Shown here: positions 51,573 through 61,804 of the stretch, in pieces
Layout: every line of letters starts with the position of its first letter
How positions within the stretch are numbered: position 1 is the stretch's first letter
Assembly: GCA_035084275.1 (NCBI GenBank)
Contig: CM068747.1
Coordinates: 24,242,001-24,306,000, forward strand
Source of the DNA: Hydrolagus colliei
Lineage: Eukaryota
Direction of reading: 5' to 3'
DNA: 64,000 bases
The notes under the pieces: generated by a model
The model's database searches: none
What the model saw: only the letters and a program-made list of their open reading frames with translations
What the model was told of the DNA's origin: nothing
Position numbers and translations under genes: made by a program

Positions 51573-52539
51573 CACTTATACAATACTATGGGGATGGACT
51601 TTGATTGCTGAACTGAATTTCTCATTCCTGACTTATGCTTCATTAAATACTGCCACCACAGGTTACCACCTGCCTGAAAGGTTTTGGGGCGATACAAAGT
51701 GAAAAGGTTTTTACAGTCTGGTGGAACATGTACAATATGTAAACCTACGTATGTGTGCCAACTCGCATATACTGTTTCTGTATATTTTTTATTCTTGACA
51801 TTCACTCCAAAACAGAAAGGAAAGGAAGCCATGAGGCTTTGGGCACTTGGTACGAAGTATTGTTCAAGTAATGTAGACATCGCCAATTTGTAGAAACTCG
51901 ATACTGTATAGATGTCATTTGGTGAGTAGGTAATATGGTAAAGCTTACTTGATAATATGAACATGGATGGTGTTTTATATAGAGGTAACCCCTAAATTTT
52001 AACAATAAATGTTCACTCCTCTCTCAGCAAGGAAATTAGTTGTTATTGTCTCTTAATTAAATGTGATAAGTATTAGTCACTCTAATAACTGGGTGAAATG
52101 GAATAAAAAAGAATGAAGTTAATCTGAAATTGCATGAATTCAATGTAGAGTGAGATGTGGGTCCTTTATTCATACACAGTGTTATCGTGTTGTAATTCTT
52201 AATGTTTCCTCAGTTTTAAAACTGTTTTCTTCTTTCCCATCCCTTCTCCAGGTTTCTAATCCATCCATTGCTGCTGTGTACAGTATTTGTAGGTGAAGGT
52301 GATCATAAAAACATTCAACAAGTGACCCCACTGAGAGCTAACATTACTTTATACTTTAAACTGAATTAGGTTATGTTAAAAAAAATTGTCTTTGCCAGTA
52401 GAAATCTACAAAGATGTGTGATATTTGTTAGTATTGTAAGATATTCTTACAAAGAGCAACAATATGTAAATATCTTGGGATATTTGTCAGAATTGTTTCT
52501 TTTTCTTTAAAAATCACTCCTCCTGACTTGTGCTGAGGT

Positions 52540-52798
52540 GAATCAGTACCCAGTGATGCCAGGCAATGAGGTCTGAGTTGGATTGTTGCTATGAAATCTT
52601 GTCATTGTCAGGCTTCAAGTAACTCTAAGTCCTGGTATATTGGAAGGGTCATATACGTGATATAAACACTGTTGTTCCCCATGGTGCTTCCAATACTCAT
52701 CACATATCTTTGTCAGCAGGTTGCAGTGTCACTTACACAGGACTCCAACCTTTGATCATGAAGGTGTGAAGCAAGTCGCTTAACCCTTTGAGCACTAT
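52540..52798 (-). mobile_element. Possible ancient tRNA-headed SINE of a different family
   Basis: Minus strand starts tagtgctcaaagggttaagcg (A-box-like) and has ggttggagtcc (B-box-like) at tRNA spacing. The extent of the body is a guess. Confidence 0.35.
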
Positions 52799-55545
52799 AA
52801 TTGTATTGGAGCCTGAAATTAAAAATATAATAAAGTGATTCTCCATGAATCCTGGACTCTATAAAAATTACAGAATTGCACTTATTTTAGTCCAAATTAT
52901 TAGGAACGAAACAATTCAAAAAGCCTTGGATGTAATTGTTTTGTATTCAATTGTTCTGTATTTTCTCTTAAATTATCCAGCTAACCATTTCCTCAGATCT
53001 CAAAATGTGCCAAAAACCTTAATTGCAGATAAACCTTTATCTTTCTCTAAATTCTTCTGCAATGCCGAGTATTTTCATTCACAAGTAGATAAACACAGTG
53101 GAAACAGTCACAGAATATCTTTTAAAATTTGTAATATTTGCTAAAGAAACTTAACATAATCAGATTTTATTTCTTGCACAGGCTAATTTAGAGCTTGAAA
53201 GGATTAACTGCAGCACTATTGTCTGTAGCTATTTTTTTTAGAACAGACATGATAACATAAATCTACCCACTTTAAACCAAGAGATGTGCCATTCGTCTTT
53301 TCAATGCTGTTGTGCCTTTTGAAATGTATGAAATTCATCGAGTGAATCTGCCAAGGGTTTACCCGTTAACCTTTTTCTCCACGACCAGCTATCGAATTAT
53401 TTTTTCCAAAAAAAATATTGGGTGCAACAATTACTGCCTTAAGATGCCAACAGTTATGAAAATTCGCCAATGAAATAGGCTGGGTTCCATTTACTATCAG
53501 TAATTGCGTTTATCATTTTTGAATGAGTGCGCTGCATAAAGGGTGTTCATTGAATGACTGTTTCTGAATGTTAAAGGTCGTATGCCAGTTTTACGGGAAT
53601 GGAGTAGTCCCTGTGTCTAATGAACTGCTGTTACAATATGTTTTGAATATGAATACATTAATTTTTTAAATGTCTTTCAAATATCCTCATGCATCAGCCT
53701 TTTTAACACTGATAATTTGACAGTGGACCCTGGTTCTATCTGAGCGAGCACATTGGTGCTTGCTGCACACCTGCGTCTATCCATGCATTAAACTTTGATC
53801 ATAAGGCTGCGCGCAAATGAACTGTCAGATCATTACTGCATTTGATGCAATATAATCTGTCTGGAAATTAGCATCACCCATCCACACAAGAATTTCACAG
53901 CTAGCAGGCCAGCACAGCGTTTGAATATGCATTTGTGGAGATTCATATCCTTCCCCAGTCCCCGGGAGAGTACAAGTTGAGAGCAGATTTGTGAATTAGC
54001 ATGTGGAGTGGGAAGGGCCCCCTTCATTTCAGCTGCTGCAGATGCCTCTCCCTTCTCGTTCATTACAGTTGCATTTCATCAGCTTTATGATGTCCACATG
54101 TCAATTGAGTGTGAGGATTTTGCACACACAAAAAGCCCCAGGGAAAACGACTTCAGTGGCTAATCAACTGATTATCATACCTCAAATGGGCTGCAGTATG
54201 CTCCTAAAAAAAAGGCCAAGAAGGGGGTAAAAAAAAATTGGAGAATACAACAGCATCTAGGCGATAGGCAAGATGATAACACCAACGAAATACAGTGATA
54301 GGAAAAAGATGCCTCATTCAATTCACAGACTTGCTTTGCTGCCTTATGCTTTCATCAAAGGTGCCTAACTCACACAGATGCACTATTTAACAATGCTGTC
54401 CCCTGCTTTCATCAAAAGTGGGTAAGGTTGCTGAGATAAGCCCTGAAGAATAAAGGGGAGCAGGTCCCTTGTGATAGGCAAAAGCTGAACATCGATGCCA
54501 GCTTCCATCTGTCATGATAGCCTATCTCTGAACCTTCAATCTGTCAGAAGCTTGCTGCCTAGCTGAAGGCTCCAGGAGATTTGGTGCACTAAACACATTT
54601 GACAACAGCATTATCGCTGCAAGGAGCCAGGCAAAATGCCATCAATGTGTTAATTGTGGCTAGATGTGTAAACTGTCACTTCTCATCTTTTTTAACACCA
54701 CCTTTGCCAATTTCATGCACATAATTTCTGTACATTACAAACGCAAGATAATGTCGTATGCAGGTGGTTAGTAATTTATACCATTTGTCCAATGGTATAA
54801 ATTGTACATCCTATTTTTTTGAAAGTTTTTTTTTACTAAATTTAGGTAAAATCTTATCCAGTCACATTTACGTTAGGGTGACTGGCTATAAAAAGAAAAT
54901 TACATAAAACATCATCTTTAAAACATAATTACCACATTGATGTTTGCATATGCAAATCTCTTTAGTCTTTTGTTTCAGGTTTAAATTACAATATTATCTT
55001 CATGTCTCCTGCTTATACTAACCTAATTGTTGGTACCCAATGTATGCTTACCATTCATTCTAATGACAGAGTACCAAAGAATAATGTTGATATTCCAAAC
55101 AGGCCTTGCAATCTGCCATTCACTTTGCAAATGACAATTGTCCTCAACTGAAGACAGATAGTTAAACAAGTAGATTAAAGTATATGTTTCAACCAAATTT
55201 CATCCCAGTGTCTGATACATAAATACAACATTTATGAAACAAATTGAACCTGTAGAAGTCTATATATGACACAAAATATTCTTTGCTTTATCTTGTTTCT
55301 AAAGTAATAGCAAAAAGTGTAACATTTTCTAGATTTTCTTGCTATTTTAGATGTTGCTTTCCAAAAGTTGGAGCTTAAAGTTGAGAAAGTATAATTGTTT
55401 TAGTGTCCATTAACCGACGGCCTGCGTTTCATAATCAAGTCTAATATTGTAGAATATTGCAGAATCAATAGGAATATTTAAAAGACAGATTCTTGTAAAA
55501 AAACATTACCTAAGATACAGGATAAGAACAATTACTTTTAACGAT

Positions 55546-55622
55546 AAGCACCTCGGGACATCCTCTTGACATGAAAGGCTATCTATGTATAAATGTAAAT
55601 TTGTATTTTATTGTATTGTATT
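55546..55622 (+). mobile_element. L2-type tail remnant
   Basis: agcacctcgggacatcctcttgacatgaaaggcta...taaatgtaaatttgta. Confidence 0.7.
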
Positions 55623-56053
55623 AAAGAGTGTGGCAAGGGTCAGAGCATTGGGATTAAAAGATCTTCCAAGGTCTAAACAATTAATGGAACAGGCGGTATT
55701 CAGTATTGAATTGCCTCCTCCTGTTCTTGTTCTCTTATGTTTCTTTGAACAGGGGATGTGGAAAAGCCAGTTCCCAAGTTCATGGATAGATTGGAAAAAG
55801 AACTAGGATTGTTTCTGACTCAAGCTATACCTCTAAGTATGCACAATACAAATACTGTTAAAGTGATTGTTCTCATCATTCACTTTGACGATTCCAACAA
55901 AAATATCATTCAGAAATAGGAAGCTTTAGCGGGCAGAATAGTATAAACCGTTGTAATTCTTCACTAACGAGCTCCCAAGTATCGATTTGTGTCACATAAG
56001 TTATTTCCTACCAGTCGAGAAGAACTGGTTTACGTTTCCATAATGGGACATGC

Positions 56054-56109
56054 CCAGTTCATGTTATTATTAATATAGCTCCAGTTCATGTTATTATTAA
56101 TATAGCTCC
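56054..56109. repeat. Perfect 27-bp tandem duplication
   Basis: ccagttcatgttattattaatatagct x2 followed by cc. Confidence 0.95.
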
Positions 56110-57107
56110 TTCAATCAGTAAGCTGAGCATTTCTTTGACGCGTAACATAGAAGCATCTATAATAAATGTAATTCTACCCCTACCACCCACCCCCCCGAGC
56201 TCACTCGCTTTGGTGCACAGTACCATTTGCATTAACTTGACCTAATTCACCTAACTGGAGATGACTTCCTGCAAAACTGAAGGAAATGTAAAAGTGTCCC
56301 AATTATCAACCCAAAATAAGAGATTGCAAAAAAATACCATTTCTAATATATCCTATGTACACCGTTAATGCTCACACCTAGCTAGTTCAGACATTGATTT
56401 CTTGATATAACGTGAACTATTTCTGAACCTTTTTAAGATTGGTTCAATGTATTATCACACTTAAATTTGGCAGGATTAATTTTTAAATGTATATATAGTG
56501 AAGCAGTACAGTGCATTAGAGCTCCACAAGGTCAAGTGTCTAATCTCAGGCATATCACTGTAAAAAAGGTACACAATGGAAAAAACAAAGACCTGCAGGA
56601 AGGGAAAGATAATAAATCTATGTGTTGGTTATAATCCCTCCTTTGACAGAGAGATGGAATTAGATCCTGCTGCCACTCACTCAGTGGTTCATTGCCAAGA
56701 GAAACTTAGACAGGAAAAGAAAACATCTTACAAAATAAATAGTTTAATCATTTTTTCACTTTGCAATCATTGCCATCTGAGCACTGACACATATTTTAGG
56801 TCAAAGAACCATCCTTGTATCACGCAGTATTACTCAACTGCTACATCTCAAGGACACTACTTGCCTCTTCAGTGACTCTTGTAGGGTTTGCAAGAACTAA
56901 ATGTGATTCCAAAGGGAGCTGAGTAACTTGTGCGGCAGGACTGGCAACGTTGCGGGCTGGCAAGTCATTTTCCTGTGTCTTGCAAGACCAAAGCAAGTAG
57001 CCACACGACTGATTGGGCAATGATAGGTTAAATATAAAAAGGGAAAATGGTAGAAAAAGTGGAAGAAGCACCTGAGCAGACATTGATACTCTGATCACAA
57101 AAAACTA

Positions 57108-57407
57108 TATAATAATAATCCTTGCATTTTGATGTCTTCTAGATGTCTCAAAGCGCTTCACAGAATATACTGTCAAGTAAATTGACTTTATACTTGTGGG
57201 CGAAATGTGGCAGCCAATTGTGCACAGCAGTAGAAAACAGTTGTGGATTGAAATGATCAATTTTATTATTGTTTTTTTTTTAAAGAGGATTATTAGGTGT
57301 GTGGAGTAAGGAAACCTGCCCAAGGTTTCGCCCTGATCTGCTTGGATTTGAACACAGGTCTCACACTTATAAGGCCAGTGCTCTAACCACCGAGCTACAG
57401 GACTCCA
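57108..57407 (-). mobile_element. Full-length SINE
   Basis: Head ggagtcctgtagctcggtggttagagcactggccttataagtgtgagacctgtgttcaaatcc; body and tail present. Confidence 0.95.
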
Positions 57408-58169
57408 TATCTGCCGGGTACATCCGAATTAAGCTTTCATAGTTAGACCAAAATCTAGGTCACTTTGTAGAAGCTAAAGGCTGCAGCAAGTGAACTTATT
57501 GACAATTTCCAGAGTTGTGTTGATATCACCACGAATAAAGACAATAAAGCAGTTTAGTGCGTTCTTGCTGGATTGGGAGGCAGGGTCCTCAGCTGGAATA
57601 AGAGTAGTCAGGGTAACTAGCCATTTAGCTAAATTGAAATAAAAGATGAACAACTGTTATTCTCCATTTCAATGAAATCCATATGTTCAAAAGGTGGAAG
57701 AATCATTCGATGTCACAAAACCTCTGCTTTTCACATGTGTATCTGTTAATTTGTGCACATTGACTCAAGCCTTATGAAGCATACAGTAATTGCCCTGGTC
57801 TAAAAGCTAATGAGATACAGTACTAGGATTGTACCAGAACAGGGAATTATGCCAAGATATGTTCTATCGCATAATATTTTATTATTATGAACAAAACATT
57901 TTTAAATTACAGTATTTTCAACAGTATTCTCCATCGAAGATTGGTGGTTCGGATTCTTTAACTGTGTATCTGTAGTTGAGACTGAAAAAGGACATGGGGC
58001 AGAATTCTATTCTCACGCTTTTGCTGCAAAATAGTTTTAGTACATAATATATAGAACGAAAACTATTCAATAGTAGACAAAAAGCAGAGACACTGTATTA
58101 CCCCATCTCAGTTGCAATAGTGCAGTTTTCCATTGTTTACCTAGGGTGGTAGCAAAACCAAAACTTGTG

Positions 58170-58222
58170 CTAAGACGTCTCAGATCTGATGAGACGCTGT
58201 ATCAAATGCAAGCATTATTATT
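58170..58222 (+). mobile_element. SINE tail fragment
   Basis: agacgtctcagatctgatgagacgctgtatcaaatgcaagcattattatt. Confidence 0.8.
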
Positions 58223-58345
58223 AATACATTTGTTTTGCAACTTTCAAATAATGAATCAGGCATTCATCCTTAGGTGATGCCATAATCAACTGTGATGTAA
58301 AAGCATAAAAGAAAGTCTTTTAAAACTTTTTTTGGTGTATTTTAT

Positions 58346-58386
58346 AATTATTATTATTATTATCCTTGCATTTGATATAGTGCCTT
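58346..58386 (-). mobile_element. SINE tail fragment
   Basis: atccttgcatttgatatagtgcctt. Confidence 0.8.
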
Positions 58387-58974
58387 TATCAATTTTTTTG
58401 TACTATATAAATTATATAGCAATATTCTGTGAGAAAAATGTGAATCCAACTGATAGATTTGTACCAAGAGTCATGGTATATTTTGATAAGTGCTTGACAC
58501 TAATGCACATTGATATTGGATACAGATTTTGTATTGTGAATTATAGTCCTTACTCAGAAAATAAATAGCAAAATATAGCATTATTTTTAATTATTCTGTT
58601 TTTATCAATAAGGAAACCTGTTAATTTAACTCAATGAGGGATAATGTAAGATTTATCGTACTGTTCTTTTCCAGACGTCATTAAACTTATTATTCCACTG
58701 AGGGTGCAAACATTATATACTTGGTTATATCCAGAACAAGGGATACTTTGTATTAAGAATTTTGCATTCTAATTGAGGTTAAGGTAATGATGAAACTTTG
58801 ATAATGTGTCTTTTTCTGAATAATTTTCCCTACATGAAGTACAACAAATAAAATATAAAATCAAGGCAAATGTAAAATATCACAATGAAAACTCATTGAT
58901 ACATATTTTCTAAAAGCAGCCATACCAAACAGGTTTAGCGCTTTTTAAAAAATAAAATTCAAATCAATATAAGT

Positions 58975-59230
58975 CAACCTTCGTTTTGTCTTTCAAGATG
59001 ATAAAAGTCCCACAGCATATTCGAAAAGAGAGTGAGTTTCTCCCAGTGCCTGGGCCAACAATCACTCAAATGAAGTTGGTCATTCACTTTGTGGCCATCT
59101 GTGGGGATTTTGGTTGCTGCGCTCACCCACAAGGTACACTCACTCCACTTTACAGTACATCCCGTGTCGCACTTTGAGCCGTTGTCCTGTGTGAAAGGGC
59201 TATATCAAATTTAGGATTGTTATTGTTGTT
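58975..59230 (+). mobile_element. Old Deu-domain SINE, 3' part
   Basis: aaaagtcccacagcatattcgaaaagagagtgagtttctcccagtgcctgggccaaca (Deu domain) runs into ttggtcattcac...tgtgggg...cactttacagta...gtgaaagggctatatcaaatttagg. Confidence 0.8.
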
Positions 59231-60538
59231 TCGCTGTAACAAATATTGGAGATTGTATCATTAAATGTTTCTTACAGCAGCTAAACTTGAATGCTTTTAA
59301 AACCCACATTATTAAATAATAGGCATATAGAAGAGTTTGATTATGAAGTTATATTACATACTACAGTATATGCATAATAGTTCTTAAAAATTGTATAATC
59401 AATAGTGTCACACATACAAGAAATTGGAACTGCAAACTAATTAATAAGAGAAAACAGCGTTAGAAATGATTAAAAATGCGGCTGGCAAAGACAAACGACA
59501 TCCCCATTGTCTGAACTCTGCAAAATTCAATACTTTTATCCACCTGATCATTACAGATGAACTGAAGCTCACAAGGGAATAGGAAACAAAAAGGTAAATG
59601 AAGACTCAGGTTATAAAGTCACTGCAAAATTTCAACTAAATATAGGCTAATTTTAGGCCAATTTGAGTTTCTGATTGATTCACATTTTGGGGAAATATCT
59701 GGAGCAGATATTAAATGATTGGGTCAAACTCAGAAGAGAGAAACAATAATTATGTGTGCAAGGGAATTTCAAGCATTTAATGTTTGAAGACTTTATGCTT
59801 TTAAGCATTGTAATAAAAAAATAGTTAATTCTGTCCAAAGTACAATGCCGTCTCACCAATTTACTATACACCCAGTTTCAACCATTCAATTTCTGTAGGC
59901 TTGGAGTTTCTTTAGTCTCAAATGTTGGCAATATCCAAGTTCAAAAAGATAAATGTGTCCATTTGTAAAGTAATTGAAGTGAGCAGACCCCAATCATTTT
60001 ATTTTAATAACATCACTTCATTAGGTCACATGCAAATAGCTTTATGAAACATTAAGTGAGGTCAAATAGTAAAAAGCAACAAGCCTTTCATGAAAGCAGG
60101 ACAGTGGATTCTCTTGTTTATGTAGGACTACTGTGTTGTGAGCTCCTCCTGATGGTCATCTAATGGGGCTGCATTAGCGGCAATGGAGAATAAACGATAA
60201 ATACCAACAAAATGGGGCAGTGAAAACCCAACATAACACCATTTAGAAACTAGAGTTTAGTTTTAAAGCAAAACCAGCCATATTTTCCCAGAATGTATAA
60301 AAAAGTTCACTTGGCTTTAAACAATTCGCCATCAATCTGAAGTGTCTCGAGGTTAAGACTTTCGCTATTGTACACTTACCAAAATTTCGAAACAAGGCTA
60401 ATTTGAAAAAAAATGTTCAAACTGTTCCATTAGGGATTTATTAATGCATTGCTTACAATAAAATGTGTAATCTCGTTTCATTTCAAATTAGTTGTATCAT
60501 GAGTTTATTTTCAACACACAAAACAATTTCTGTACGGG

Positions 60539-60698
60539 GTTAGTACGTGAGAGATGATTGGCATGTGCTGGGCTGACAATATTCAGTGTGCTGAGCAATG
60601 CAAATCTGAATAATTGGAACATTTTATGCTTGGGTCAGGATAGTACATTTAAATATTCTGCCTGGATCAGGAATTCTACACATGGGAAGAAGAAGCTT
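60539..60698 (+). repeat. Unassigned interspersed element, copy B (inverted partner at 20561-20741)
   Basis: About 21 mismatches and one 2-nt gap over ~140 columns against the reverse complement of 20600-20741 (hand count). Confidence 0.9.
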
Positions 60699-60819
60699 TG
60701 AGTTCTTCATACAGAGTTCAGGTATGTAGATATCTTGAGTACTTTGATAAAACCTTTAAAGATAACATATAGGAATACAGGAAAAGGAACAGCCTTTTGT
60801 CATACCTTACCCTATTGAT

Positions 60820-61075
60820 TCCACCTCTGAAACTTCATGGACAACTCTGTGTTGGAAGAAATGCTTCCTGCCATCAGTTCAATGTTAGTTTTTGATTTAA
60901 GGCCATACTCCCTTGTAAAAAAAAATCCCTCTTCCAGTGGTAAAAGCTACACCAATTTTTAACCTGTCGTTTCACCTTCATTATGTTAAATGACTCAATA
61001 AAGACACCTCTCAACCTCCTCTGTACATACCCCAATCTACCCAGCCTCTCATCATACCCTTCAGCCCAGGTATTC
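60820..61075 (-). mobile_element. Old CR1 ORF2 C-terminal fragment
   Basis: Minus-strand ORF contains GYDERLGRLGYVQRRLRGVFIESFNIMK; RKHFFQHRVV follows further on. Confidence 0.85.
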
Positions 61076-61759
61076 ATTTGGTCACCACACAATAGCTAAT
61101 AGATCGCAGTGGTTCAATACATAAGTACTGTATTGTGGTTTCCAACTTCAAAGTGATCAACTGAGGCACTAGAGAAAATACAAGGAAAATATAGGATAAG
61201 TCAATAAATCTAGTTCTTAAATGACACCTGCTACTAGTTCTTTGCAGAGGGTTAGGCAATGGGATTTATTTTAGATTCTGGGAGTAAGTAGAATGGAGTT
61301 TTTTTAAAAAAAATGTAATGTAGTACACCTCAACTGTAATACACAAAGAAAAACTTTGGTTAGCATCAACACTTCCGAGCAGTTCTATTTAACTTTTTTC
61401 AGTTAACAGAACTCTTTTTAAAAAAAACTAGCTTTCCGTGTAATTTACCATATGACCAGAAGAGAGGACATTTTATAAATTATGGAACATAGTGGGCGCC
61501 ATCTTACAGGAACTGGTTTGTTTAAAGACAATTGCAATTTTACGAAATTGACTTGAGTGAATTATGAAATGGATTTAAATTACTTTAAATCACTAGAGCA
61601 AAGCTTGAGCAGTTTTTTTCATTTGGTTAAAAATGTGATTTTTTCAATTTGTATTAGTTGGGACAATATTCAGCCAATTGATTTAATAAAATAATTTCAA
61701 ATATATTTTGAGTGTAATATGTACTGAACACCAGTTTAAATCGACAATTTAATACAGTA

Positions 61760-61804
61760 CTTAGGGAAAATACAAAACCAAAACTCACTTACAAGAATTT
61801 TATT
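61760..61804 (-). terminator. Candidate polyadenylation signal with downstream element
   Basis: Minus strand: AATAAA (61799-61804) attcttgtaagtgagttttggttttgtattttccc. Confidence 0.6.

Noticed and set aside
51527-51964. 145-aa minus-strand ORF
   Set aside because: Ends inside a SINE head, has the composition of AT-rich non-coding DNA and shows no motif.
3234-58386. Recurrent ~30-nt motif atcaaatgcaagg(att)n as a CRISPR-like array
   Set aside because: Dispersed, on both strands and irregularly spaced. It is the SINE tail in a vertebrate genome.
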